NCBI GenBank assembly: GCA_030141605.1
Contig: JAQGDQ010000216.1
Location: forward strand, 228,259-292,258
Length of the DNA stretch: 64,000 nucleotides
Source of the DNA: Tubiluchus corallicola
Lineage: Eukaryota > Animalia > Priapulida
Reading direction: 5' to 3'
Shown here: positions 9,965-19,154 of the stretch, one piece after another
Layout: each line of letters starts with the position of its first letter
Position numbering within the stretch: position 1 is the first letter of the stretch
Position numbers and translations under genes: made by a program
Notes under the pieces: model-generated
The model's input: only the letters and a program-made list of their open reading frames with translations
Database searches by the model: none
What the model was told of the DNA's origin: nothing

Positions 9965-10046
9965 TATATTTGTAGCTTATCGCGGTTTTGGGCGAAAGCT
10001 CTACTAAGATAGACAGGGGATTGCTTCGGCGTCCCCATTTTATTTT
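9965..10046 (+). ncRNA. Candidate ~65-70 nt structured small RNA convergent on muF
   Basis: TATATTTG -7 element at 9965-9972; GGGC-GAAA-GCTC hairpin at 9990-10001; GGGGATTGC-TTCG-GCGTCCCC at 10016-10036 followed by a T-rich tail. Confidence 0.45.
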
Positions 10047-11311
10047 GCTAGGTTCTTATAATTATACTTACGCCATCGCTTATCAATAAAAATATGTACA
10101 TCGTTTATATTGGCTTTGGGTTTGCGTTTGGCGACCTCCTTTAATTGTCCTTTGGCGCGAGCAAAAGTCATCTCGTTGCTGCTAGTTACTTTGATGCTTA
10201 CATCTATTTTGTTTTTGCTTTTTTCTGCTTGTTTAACGGCTGTTTCTAATCGCACCCCAGCTCTTTTTGTGGTTTGTTTAAATTCGTTGAGCCTGTTAAA
10301 TACCATTGCATCTATATGTTTTTTGCCGTGGATATATCCGTTTGGCATAAATTCTACAAGGTGGCCGCGGTTGTTAAACTCCTTAGCTATTTCCAGTTCT
10401 TGCGACTTCGGAGATAAGCTACGTGGTACAAGTGTGGGCGGCTTGGTGTTTCCTGCAAGAAATTGCCTTGTATAACCCTGATCAAAACGTGCTGCCCATT
10501 GCAGAGCTTTATTGGGTTGTGGAGTCGTAAAGTAAGGGTGGGATTTGTCAAAGGGTGGTTCCTTTCCATAATTAGAACTAAACATTGGCTTCAGTTCTAA
10601 TTCTCCTTTTTGTGTTTGTTTACTCCGTGTAGACTCTACTGTACAGCGGCATCCCCAATCGTTTGGCGGCAAATGAGTAGCCCAAAAGGGGTGGTCGATG
10701 GGATATACAGAGCCGTCTATTTGCTGATGGTCGGGGCGTACCTTGCTGTCCCCCGCTGTGAGGTAGCGTATAGATGGGTAGAGGTCTTTGTTCTGTACAG
10801 CTCTTTGCCACTTTTCGGCCATAGCTGCCGAGCGGTTGGCGTGCATATATTCGCTTCGTAGCCAATTCTTATTGTATTTTTCTGATATTTTCAAAGCCTC
10901 TTTTTTAAATTGCTCAAATGTTCTGCGCTCGCCCCCGCTGTTTACAAGTTGTTGAGCTACTTCAAGTGTATTGTTGTGATTTTTAAAAGCTGCAAAAGTT
11001 GAAAAATTGGTTTTTACCCGTTGTACAAAATTCCAGTTGGGTTCATTCCACTTAGTTTTTAATATATTTTGTTTATAAGTTTTGTTGTAATTATTTACAA
11101 AACCGTTGTATGTTTTTTCAAATGTTTTACGGTCTATTTCGCCCGCCTTTAAACTGCCTTTAAACAGCCTTGCAATAGTGTTGTTTATCTCTTTTTGTAG
11201 TGATGGTAGTATTACATCGTTTGTTAGTTGTTGGTTGTCCTTGTTGTATAATTTGTGTAGTGCTATAAAGTGTTGTTTTGCTGCCCCGCTTTTAATTACG
11301 GGGCTTATACG
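10040..11311 (-). CDS. MuF/SPP1 gp7 minor head protein with C-terminal PD-(D/E)xK-like putative toxin domain; probably expressed as a -1 frameshift fusion to portal
   Basis: Y.TAGD.KVRPDH...HPFW..HLPPNDWGCRC MuF motif; frame open from ~11320 with no ATG/GTG/TTG before 10894; C-terminal E..IA...G..VEFMP...KHID...EFK. Confidence 0.8.
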   Translation of the reverse strand, partial: RISPVIKSGAAKQHFIALHKLYNKDNQQLTNDVILPSLQKEINNTIARLFKGSLKAGEIDRKTFEKTYNGFVNNYNKTYKQNILKTKWNEPNWNFVQRVKTNFSTFAAFKNHNNTLEVAQQLVNSGGERRTFEQFKKEALKISEKYNKNWLRSEYMHANRSAAMAEKWQRAVQNKDLYPSIRYLTAGDSKVRPDHQQIDGSVYPIDHPFWATHLPPNDWGCRCTVESTRSKQTQKGELELKPMFSSNYGKEPPFDKSHPYFTTPQPNKALQWAARFDQGYTRQFLAGNTKPPTLVPRSLSPKSQELEIAKEFNNRGHLVEFMPNGYIHGKKHIDAMVFNRLNEFKQTTKRAGVRLETAVKQAEKSKNKIDVSIKVTSSNEMTFARAKGQLKEVAKRKPKANINDVHIFIDKRWRKYNYKNLAK

Positions 11312-11317
11312 AAAAAA
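11283..11317 (-). promoter_or_regulatory. Programmed -1 frameshift signal (portal to MuF)
   Basis: Minus strand T_TTT_TTC (11317-11311), 6-nt spacer GTATAA, hairpin GCCCCG-N10-CGGGGC. Confidence 0.7.
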
Positions 11318-12576
11318 TCTTTAACCTTCAGTTCGTTTGTTCTACCTACGTTACGCGGTGTTAGTGTGTCTTCTTCGTCTTGTGGTGTATTGCGTTTGTA
11401 GCGTTCGTAGAGCTCTTCTTTGGAGAGCGGCACTCCCATACTTAGAAGGGTTTCATCTACCTTTATGTGTTCTTCTGTACTATGTGTGTTTACCTCTTTA
11501 AACTGGAACTCACCTTGCAAATTCCAATTAGCACGGTTGAGTATAGGTAGTAGTTGGTTGTTAAGTGTACGTATTACCAATTGTCTGTCTTTGGAATTGA
11601 GCTGTTGGCTTACATCTCCATGTATTTGTGCCTGTGCGTAGCCAGAGTTGCGGCTGTCGAGTGTGGTCATGCTTTCACCTAATATACGTATGGCCATACG
11701 TTCCATCAGTCGCTTGTCAAGGGTGTCGTAAGTTCCATTAGCGCTTCCTGAGCCGCTGCCTGCTCCTGCATACATTATTTCTACATCTTTGTCGGTTATA
11801 AGTGTTGCTCCTGCTCCTGCTTCTTCTATTTGTTCTTTTATCTTCTCCCTTTCATCTTCATTATCCACTTTTATGTGTTTTTCGGGCATTCCGTATGTTT
11901 CGTTGCTTTCGCCCCAGTCGCCTATATTGTTCTCCATACGTATAGATAACTTACTGGCTTGTAGGTAAGCTCCCAAACTATACGGGTCGCCTACAGCTAT
12001 TGTGTTGTTGCTTTGTGGCGGTGTCAGGTAGCTTAAGCCTGTTGTGCTATAAGGGTCTTTTACTACTATGCCAAGCTCTGGCTTTACGTGTGAGCGAGGT
12101 ATAAGCACAACACTACCCTCTTCTATGCTGTTGGGCTTAGGTGCTGCTACTTCCAAAAGACTATATCCAAACAGCTCGCTGTTGATGGTTTCTTTTAATA
12201 TAGTGGTAAAATAATTGGTATCGAATATAGGGGCTATCTCTTCGTTCTCCGTGCCATCTTGGTTTTTAAATATTATGGGCGTGTTGAGTATGGGCATACG
12301 GCGTTTATCTGATAGTGATGCTAAGAAGTCGTCTTTGCTTAATACATCCCAGTATAGTTCGTAGAGTAGTTTGCGGGTCTTGGTCTCTCCGCAGGCGTGG
12401 TCGCGTGCAGCCTTCCAGTCTTGCATATCGCGACGGCGTTTGCTAAATGTAGTAAGGTTGATGTATTTAATAAGGGTGTTTTCTGCGTTTTCGCCCCGTG
12501 TTATAGTTACCCTACCTGTGTCAAGTCTAGCAGGTGGTACGGGTTTTTTCCTCCATTTTTTAAAAAAGCTAAACAT
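11305..12576 (-). CDS. Portal protein (Mu gp29/DUF935)
   Basis: FGYSLLE, IPRSHVKPE, WGE..E.YGMP, ILGESMTT...GYAQAQIH motifs. Confidence 0.9.
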   Translation of the reverse strand: MFSFFKKWRKKPVPPARLDTGRVTITRGENAENTLIKYINLTTFSKRRRDMQDWKAARDHACGETKTRKLLYELYWDVLSKDDFLASLSDKRRMPILNTPIIFKNQDGTENEEIAPIFDTNYFTTILKETINSELFGYSLLEVAAPKPNSIEEGSVVLIPRSHVKPELGIVVKDPYSTTGLSYLTPPQSNNTIAVGDPYSLGAYLQASKLSIRMENNIGDWGESNETYGMPEKHIKVDNEDEREKIKEQIEEAGAGATLITDKDVEIMYAGAGSGSGSANGTYDTLDKRLMERMAIRILGESMTTLDSRNSGYAQAQIHGDVSQQLNSKDRQLVIRTLNNQLLPILNRANWNLQGEFQFKEVNTHSTEEHIKVDETLLSMGVPLSKEELYERYKRNTPQDEEDTLTPRNVGRTNELKVKDFFV

Positions 12577-12985
12577 AGTTATCTCGTTTTATTGCGTTAC
12601 GGCTTACAATTTGCGTTTTACGTTCAGCAGTATCTTCTCTACGTGCCAAATCAGGATATATACCACTAGTTTGCGCCCCTCGTAACCATTCAATAGCTCT
12701 TTTGTAGCGAGTCTCTCTATCTATAATATCCTGCCCTGCCTGCTCTCTACTCACTATAATGTATATGGCTATATCGGCTACTAAGTTCACGAGTAGCTGG
12801 TGGCGGTCTGTACCAGTTTTTGTAAATATAATTTCCACATCATAACTATCAAACAAGTAAGTGGTAGCTTCGCTCTGGGCCGAGTCAATAGCTGCATTTA
12901 TGATGGTGTCGTCGCCACGTGTTATTTGTTCTAGCTCATCTATTAGTATTTGTTTTGTTATGTCTGTTTTATTTATAAAACTCAT
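12569..12985 (-). CDS. Head-tail adaptor (Mu gp36/DUF1320)
   Basis: FI...D...AI..A..EA..YL...YD...IF...DIAIY...RYKRAIEWL. Confidence 0.85.
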   Translation of the reverse strand: MSFINKTDITKQILIDELEQITRGDDTIINAAIDSAQSEATTYLFDSYDVEIIFTKTGTDRHQLLVNLVADIAIYIIVSREQAGQDIIDRETRYKRAIEWLRGAQTSGIYPDLARREDTAERKTQIVSRNAIKRDNYV

Positions 12986-13001
12986 ATCCGCTGTTTTTCT
13001 A

Positions 13002-13577
13002 TCAATTGTTATCTATTTTTGTAAGTACAAAATCTTCATCACTTATTAATTTCATAGTATAGGCTTGAGCATGTTGTATCCCTTCCATTTGCGGGAAGTT
13101 AATATCAGTGATTACTACTTTTGTTATATCAAGCAGCTCGCAGATTGGGTTGGTTATGCTAAGGCTGCCAGTGCTAGCTGTACTGTCGAATAACTCGCGT
13201 ATAGCTCTGACTTCTTCGCGCGGATAGCGTATAGGGTTGATGGGGTTGAGCACTATGCCCTTGATCTCTATCTGCCAATCGGTCTGTCCTATTATCTCTT
13301 TTACACTACCTGCTCTACGAGTCCCTGTGAGTTGTGTGCTGACTATTTCATTACGTTTGCTAAACGAAATAAGCGGTTCGTTAGGTAGTTGTAGGTCGCC
13401 TATTTTGACAGGGGCAAATAGCTGAACACCGTTGAATGTAGTAGAGTCAAAAGCTGAAAGATCAAAACCAGTATCGCCAATTAAGTTGGTTTGCAACTTT
13501 CCGTAAGTAGCTCCAAAAAACTTAGCATATAATACGCTTAGTCCTATTACGTTTTTATCTGGTGGGCGTATGGTCAT
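13002..13577 (-). CDS. Tail tube-initiator-like protein (DUF6046-like)
   Basis: LPNEPLISFS..N.IV.T...GSVKE.I...DW.I.IKG; directly after the tape measure. Confidence 0.7.
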   Translation of the reverse strand: MTIRPPDKNVIGLSVLYAKFFGATYGKLQTNLIGDTGFDLSAFDSTTFNGVQLFAPVKIGDLQLPNEPLISFSKRNEIVSTQLTGTRRAGSVKEIIGQTDWQIEIKGIVLNPINPIRYPREEVRAIRELFDSTASTGSLSITNPICELLDITKVVITDINFPQMEGIQHAQAYTMKLISDEDFVLTKIDNN

Positions 13578-13584
13578 TTTAGTA

Positions 13585-13728
13585 AGTTAAAAGTTAAAAA
13601 CTAAAAGATGAAAGCAGTTTTTATCTTCTCTCTATTATCTTAATTAGTGGGTGCATGTTCATTTTAGCAAGTTGAAAATTAAAAATTAAAAGATTTTAAT
13701 ACGAGAAAAGTTAAAAACTGCTTTCATT
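13585..13728. repeat. Heptamer-based imperfect palindromic intergenic repeats (AGTTAAA/AGATAAA units)
   Basis: AGTTAAAAGTTAAAAACTAAAAGATGAAAGCAGTTTTT; related element at 22191-22262 in inverted orientation. Confidence 0.7.
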
Positions 13729-15615
13729 TTAATTCGTGGTTTGTATTTGGTTAATACCGTTAAGTGTTTCTATCAATGTCTGCTCTATCTTTTCTCGCAT
13801 CTCTTCTACTCCTTCTTGCAGTGTTTGGGGTAGTATTTTTAGTTCGTTTACTAAGTTATTGATACTTACATTTATATTTGTTGTTTTTTTACCTCCCCCA
13901 TGTATCGCTTCTATACCGCTTTGCACAGTAGCAGGTGTGGTTGCTGACGTATCAGTTATTGCTCCTGCTTCTCCGAAAAATTCTGGAACGTTTTCTTCCT
14001 TTTCTTCTTCCTTTTCCTCTTCCGTTTTTGCTTTCTTTTTTACTTCAGCTTCGACGTCGACGCCCAGCTTTTCTCGCATATTTTTAATAAAACCTTCTCC
14101 CTTTGCAGCTAATTTGCCTAAACCCGGTATTTTTGAAAGGAGGCCTAAAAACTTCTGCAGAGGTTGCAGCAGAGCATCTAAGAGGGTGATGCCTATCTGT
14201 TTAATGCCACTCAAAATACCCCCATCCGCAAAAGCTTTTTTAACTTTGTCCCAATTTCGCCTAAATGACTGAATAAGTGATATAACAAACCCTAAGGGGC
14301 CCATAAATATACTTACTGCAGCACCCCATTCATCCCACTTTTTTATAACTAAAACAACAAGCCCAACTAAGATAGCTATAGCAGCAATGATTTTACCAAC
14401 GGGGTTAGCTTTTAAAGCTTTATTTAATAGCCACTGTGCAGCTGTCCATATTTTGGTTGCACCTGCCACAAGGAGCGTCCACGCGTATTGCAACTTCGCT
14501 ACTATTAGTTGTCTGCCTTGCGCGGTGGCTATTGTATTTAATATAGGTGCTATAATTTTATAACCTTGCCATGCTACTAATAGTTTAAAAGCAATGGGAA
14601 TTATCTTCTTTATCAATTCTGAATTTTCCGCAAAAAATGTAGCTATTTTAGCTATTTCTTGCCCCAAAGGCTTCAAAACGGGCATTAGCCCCTCCATTAT
14701 GCTTTCCTGAATGTCGCCTATGGTATTTTGGAACTGTATCATAGCACCTACATCGGTTTGTGCCAATGCCTCTGCTGTACCTCCATACTGCTTCCCAAGT
14801 TCGTCTAATATAAGAGTTTGAGCTTGTGCTATCTGGTTACTTTCTGTAAGTTGTTTAATAAGGTCTATTTGCTGTTGTGAGAATTGAATACCTGCTCTAG
14901 ATAGTGCTGATAAGTTTTTTACAGGGTCGTTAAGAGCTTTCCCCAGCATAATAGAGGTGCTGCGAAGATCTTCGCTAGTAGCTTTTGTGCCTTTTAGCTT
15001 AGAGGTAACATCTAAAACTGTTTTTTGCACACGGTCAAACTGGCTGCCCGTTACTTTTGTGAAAGTAAGCATCTGTGCCGTAACACCTTGTAAAATGGAT
15101 TCATCGCCAAATATGGTATTAGATTGTAATTGTGAAGCTTGCTTCTTAAGGTCTTCTAGCGAACGCCCTGCTGCTTGGTTTGTACTTATTAATCCAGCCT
15201 CCACATTAGCTACAGCACTGACTTGCTCCCCGTATTTCTTCCAGCTGTCGCGTGCAATAATTAATCCAGAAGCTACACCAATAAAGCCACCAAGCCCTGC
15301 AGTCATCTGTTTTAGGCGAGTAATAGTAGATTGTGGCGGCAGATTCTTTAGGCGATTGAGTTGTTTTTCTGTTTTGCGAATTTCAAGATTAAAATTAGAA
15401 ATTTTTCCGTGCGAAAACGCCTTATCCCTTTTTACACTTAGCTCTTCTAACTTTGTCTGGAGCTTCGTTATTGGGGTTGTTGTTTTATTTATTTTGTTTT
15501 GAAATACCGTTGTTTTTTTAGATATACTGCCCAGTCCAGATTCTACAGACTTTTGTAGTTTGCGAAACTTCGAACTTACAGCGTCTTTTATATCTAAGGT
15601 TAAAACATCGGCCAT
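13729..15615 (-). CDS. Tail tape measure protein
   Basis: 628 aa, helical and Ala/Ile/Trp-rich; LGKALNDP..LSALSRAGIQF motif; follows the chaperone. Confidence 0.9.
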   Translation of the reverse strand: MADVLTLDIKDAVSSKFRKLQKSVESGLGSISKKTTVFQNKINKTTTPITKLQTKLEELSVKRDKAFSHGKISNFNLEIRKTEKQLNRLKNLPPQSTITRLKQMTAGLGGFIGVASGLIIARDSWKKYGEQVSAVANVEAGLISTNQAAGRSLEDLKKQASQLQSNTIFGDESILQGVTAQMLTFTKVTGSQFDRVQKTVLDVTSKLKGTKATSEDLRSTSIMLGKALNDPVKNLSALSRAGIQFSQQQIDLIKQLTESNQIAQAQTLILDELGKQYGGTAEALAQTDVGAMIQFQNTIGDIQESIMEGLMPVLKPLGQEIAKIATFFAENSELIKKIIPIAFKLLVAWQGYKIIAPILNTIATAQGRQLIVAKLQYAWTLLVAGATKIWTAAQWLLNKALKANPVGKIIAAIAILVGLVVLVIKKWDEWGAAVSIFMGPLGFVISLIQSFRRNWDKVKKAFADGGILSGIKQIGITLLDALLQPLQKFLGLLSKIPGLGKLAAKGEGFIKNMREKLGVDVEAEVKKKAKTEEEKEEEKEENVPEFFGEAGAITDTSATTPATVQSGIEAIHGGGKKTTNINVSINNLVNELKILPQTLQEGVEEMREKIEQTLIETLNGINQIQTTN

Positions 15616-15626
15616 CTTTTAAATAG

Positions 15627-15794
15627 TTACTTTGTTTTTGCTTCCTGTTTTAAAATGTGTTGTAGTTGGGCGAAACGTAATGCCCATTCGTTATCACTAA
15701 AATTATCAGTGCTAGTGTGTAGATGTCGTCGCATAAGGGTGTCTACATAGAGCAGCCAATTTTCCTGTGGCGTACCCTTATACGACCTTACAAC
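15627..15794 (-). CDS. Tail chaperone GT-type -1 frameshift extension (absent from ORF track)
   Basis: 55 open codons VVRSYKGTPQENWLLYVDTLMRRHLHTSTDNFSDNEWALRFAQLQHILKQEAKTK in the -1 frame after G_GTA_AAG; 13-bp stem 7 nt downstream. Confidence 0.75.
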   Translation of the reverse strand, partial: VVRSYKGTPQENWLLYVDTLMRRHLHTSTDNFSDNEWALRFAQLQHILKQEAKTK

Positions 15795-16084
15795 TTTACC
15801 AACTGCCCTTCACGAACATTAATCATTTCTTGGACTGCTCCCACAGCTGCGAGATGTAGCTCTGCATCTTGTTTAAAAGATTCATCGCCTGCTACAAAGC
15901 ATTTTTTAATTACGAACATAGTAGTGTTAAGCGGGTCTTGGCTCATATTAGCAACAACATAAGAAAGTGTTTGCCTATCCATTTTTTTAAGAACACACCA
16001 TTTTTCTTCTACCTCTATTTTAAATATTTCTCCGTGTTGTTCTTTGAGCTTTTCTATCTGCTCTTTGCTTATCTTTTTTGTCAT
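15788..16084 (-). CDS. Tail assembly chaperone (G-like)
   Basis: 98 aa between tube and tape measure; slippery site at its end. Confidence 0.8.
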   Translation of the reverse strand: MTKKISKEQIEKLKEQHGEIFKIEVEEKWCVLKKMDRQTLSYVVANMSQDPLNTTMFVIKKCFVAGDESFKQDAELHLAAVGAVQEMINVREGQLVKL

Positions 16085-16094
16085 AATTTTTTAC

Positions 16095-16523
16095 TTATAC
16101 TTGTTTGACTTCAATTGCTTTAAAATTTAACTCTACTTCCATATTCAAGTCGCCTTGCTCCATACCCTCTTCGTAGCTTTCAAATTCAACCCCTTTGATT
16201 ATTTTGGCTAGCGGAGATCCTATCTCACCGTTGCCGGGGGTGTAGGCAACAGCTATGTCCCATTGTGCTTGGGTAAGTTCTTGAAAACCTGCTGTTTTTG
16301 AAGCCGATATAATAAATTCCAGCTCACTCTGCAAAAGCATAATACTGCCCTCCACACTGATATTACCGCTTTGGATGGCTAAGGGTCGGTTTCCTCTGCC
16401 GCGTAAATAATCTTTCTCCTGTGAAGTAGTGTATTTTACACCTCTAATCCCTACTATATCTCTCGCGCCAAGTACTACTGTAACATTAGCCCAAGCGTAT
16501 TGTTTGCTGTTAAATGCTGCCAT
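16095..16523 (-). CDS. Tail tube protein
   Basis: FNSKQYAW..V.V.LG...GIRGVKY...GRGN.P..IQ.GN; after the sheath. Confidence 0.85.
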   Translation of the reverse strand: MAAFNSKQYAWANVTVVLGARDIVGIRGVKYTTSQEKDYLRGRGNRPLAIQSGNISVEGSIMLLQSELEFIISASKTAGFQELTQAQWDIAVAYTPGNGEIGSPLAKIIKGVEFESYEEGMEQGDLNMEVELNFKAIEVKQV

Positions 16524-16538
16524 AATTTTTTATTAAAA

Positions 16539-17753
16539 TTAAAGTTCGAATCCTAAATCTACAATTATAAATTGTGTGTAGCCAACAGGACGTCCAAATA
16601 GCTGTATGCGTATCTCGCCTGTGCTTACTACATTTTGGTTGGGGTCTACATCAGCCCTTACAGCTGACAGTTCGCCAGGGACTACCATTGTTTGCTCAAT
16701 AGCACGTTCTACCCGCGCTTTGATGTCAGCTGCTACGGCATCGGGCAATGTTCCGCCTTCGGCTGTAAGCACTTCTTCGTTCAAATCTCGCACGTAAGTA
16801 TCGTAAGCGATTATTATCATCTTTTTGATTATACGATGGCGTGCTATGATGTTGTAGTCGTCACTTGCTCCAGTAGCAGTAGGGTCGTCAGAGAAGAAGA
16901 AGCCCCCCAATCTTGGTATGGTGCGTAGTGTTACAAAACCTGCATCGTGTATAAGTCCTTGATAGGCTTGCGACTGTTCTTCTACAAGTGTTGAACTGTT
17001 GTAATAAGCTGTGGTGATAGGCAAAGCTCCATCCTGCACACGGCTAAGCTTACGCTGCACGGGTATAGCTGCCAAGCGCCCAAGAGCCAATGCCACAGAA
17101 GCACTATCGTCGTCCTTGCTACCTCCTAATACAATAGAACAGTGGTTTTCGGTTTGTTGCCTAAGGTCTTTGAGGTTGGCAGGTGCGCCGTCGAAACTGC
17201 GCCCTTCAATAAGTATCTGCACGGGCTGCGGGATCGCTTGGTATTGATTGGCTAATGCTTGCCCTGTTACCAGTGCATCGTAAGCGTCTTGGTCTATACC
17301 ATCGGTAACGGTAGGCGTATAGGCACTTGCAGGGTTGCGAGCTACGCCCAGTAGTTTAATGGTGTCAGCAAAGTCTAATAACTTAGTAGCAAACTGATTA
17401 CCTGTGTCTAGCATATCTTCGAGCGAAACGGTGTCGGATACAAATAGTACGTGTAGCACAGGGCCAGATGCTCCTGCCGTGTCGAAAAACTCCTTAAAGT
17501 GTCTATACACATTGATAGGGTCGTAAGTTCCAACTCCGTCGGGGTCAGCGTCGTAATCAGCTGTAATGCCCCTATCTATTACATCTTGCAGAGAAGTGAT
17601 AGTTTTAGGCGTTCCAATCGCAAATGGGTCGGTAATGCCCGTAGAGGGCAGCTCGGGTACGCTTATAATAATACCTGCCTCCCCATCGTTGAGAGGAGTT
17701 ACGCCTCCTAATGCTCCATTGAGCTTGTTAATCGTTACTTTGGGAAGTGCCAT
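16539..17753 (-). CDS. Tail sheath protein (DUF2586-like)
   Basis: LPKVTI...NG.LG, LGRLAAIPVQR..RVQDG, DDPTA...DDY, C-terminal P.GY...I.V.LGF. Confidence 0.88.
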   Translation of the reverse strand: MALPKVTINKLNGALGGVTPLNDGEAGIIISVPELPSTGITDPFAIGTPKTITSLQDVIDRGITADYDADPDGVGTYDPINVYRHFKEFFDTAGASGPVLHVLFVSDTVSLEDMLDTGNQFATKLLDFADTIKLLGVARNPASAYTPTVTDGIDQDAYDALVTGQALANQYQAIPQPVQILIEGRSFDGAPANLKDLRQQTENHCSIVLGGSKDDDSASVALALGRLAAIPVQRKLSRVQDGALPITTAYYNSSTLVEEQSQAYQGLIHDAGFVTLRTIPRLGGFFFSDDPTATGASDDYNIIARHRIIKKMIIIAYDTYVRDLNEEVLTAEGGTLPDAVAADIKARVERAIEQTMVVPGELSAVRADVDPNQNVVSTGEIRIQLFGRPVGYTQFIIVDLGFEL

Positions 17754-18123
17754 ATAGTTTTGTTTTTATATGTTCAACATACTGCAAGTTGCTAGTACCT
17801 GCTTTAATCTCTATTTCAAGCTCTTTACAAAGAGCGTGTAATTGTGCCTGTTTGAGTGTTTCCATATAATCTATTCCTTTCTCCTCGCCTAATGCTTTTA
17901 CTTCATCTGCATTAAGTGTCTCTATCTTTTCTTTTTTATCTTTTATCTTTTCTCGCTTAAACACCTCTACTTTGCCCTTCTTACCTATTTTATGCATACC
18001 ACTTTGGTGTCCTTTTGCTCCCTCCTCTGTGATAAACGGCATACCGTCACTAGTTATATATACTTTATCGTACTCTTTATGAGTTTTAAATATGTTGTTA
18101 GCCAATTTCTGTTTTTTGTTCAT
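17728..18123 (-). CDS. Hypothetical head/tail region protein
   Basis: Y.TSDG..F....A..H pattern; between capsid and sheath. Confidence 0.55.
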   Translation of the reverse strand: MNKKQKLANNIFKTHKEYDKVYITSDGMPFITEEGAKGHQSGMHKIGKKGKVEVFKREKIKDKKEKIETLNADEVKALGEEKGIDYMETLKQAQLHALCKELEIEIKAGTSNLQYVEHIKTKLYGTSQSND

Positions 18124-18155
18124 AATTCATTTTTTTATGTTCTATCAAAAAAAAC

Positions 18156-19121
18156 TTAAGGGGTTGCCATTTTAATGATACCTACACCTTGATTACCACC
18201 TACGGTTATTGTTCCCGTTGGTGCATCTATAGGGTTTGGGTTATCTATAATGGCTTCTCCACGTCTAGCCCTTCCTCCCATACGCACCTCGTGGCTAATC
18301 ACATCGCCATAGTACTCAGCTCGTCGTTGATTATCGAAGGTTACTATATCGCCAACGGCACGTTCTACCGCCATATCGTGCCAAAAGAAGGCAGCGGGTA
18401 CATCGGTAGCTATAATAGCAGCATCGGCTGGTTTTACGGCTCCGGTGTTGTCTAATATAAGTACGCGGCTACGTTCTATAATCCAAAAGCCGTGTAGGCG
18501 GGTAACTACTCCACTAGGCAGATCTACTGTGTCGCGGTAATGGAACTTGTCTTTCATCTCCAATTTCAGCGCTTTTAAATTATCTGGGTCAATAGCCATA
18601 TACCAACCATCACGTTTCCACGTTTTTTGTCGCTTAGCAAAGGCTTCTGCTTCTATCAAGTCGCTCTCCTGTAGACCTTTGAGCGAAACCGTTGAACCTC
18701 CTATACTTACCGAAACCGTTGAGCCAGTAGCTTCTAACTGGTCGGCTACAGGTAGGTTTACAGCCCAGTTGTACAGTAAGTCGTCGCCCACTATGTCGGT
18801 GAGGTTGGCTGCGTTGTCTCTTAGTATAGATTGCCGTTTGTCGTAATTGGTCTCTGCTTCTTCTAAATTACGTACTAAGGTAGGGTCTACGGTGTAGCTG
18901 TCCAGTGCATAGGTAACGTCTCCATCGCCACGCCTTACCACTGTACCGGGAAGGGTGCTACGATTTTTCACTACTGCCGAAGGATCGCCTGCTTGGGGGA
19001 TATGTACCACTTTTCCGTTCAATACTTCGCTAGAAGCATCCACAGAGAATTGCATAAATTGGTTGTTATCCTCTATATAATTGAGGATATCTCGACGCCA
19101 AATTTCTTGTTCTACTGCCAT
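18156..19121 (-). CDS. Major capsid protein
   Basis: MAV..EIW...VHIPQAG.P..V.KNR...YYGDVIS...RMGGR; follows the protease. Confidence 0.85.
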   Translation of the reverse strand: MAVEQEIWRRDILNYIEDNNQFMQFSVDASSEVLNGKVVHIPQAGDPSAVVKNRSTLPGTVVRRGDGDVTYALDSYTVDPTLVRNLEEAETNYDKRQSILRDNAANLTDIVGDDLLYNWAVNLPVADQLEATGSTVSVSIGGSTVSLKGLQESDLIEAEAFAKRQKTWKRDGWYMAIDPDNLKALKLEMKDKFHYRDTVDLPSGVVTRLHGFWIIERSRVLILDNTGAVKPADAAIIATDVPAAFFWHDMAVERAVGDIVTFDNQRRAEYYGDVISHEVRMGGRARRGEAIIDNPNPIDAPTGTITVGGNQGVGIIKMATP

Positions 19122-19154
19122 TTTTTTTTAGTATTTAATTTAAATTAATTTAGT

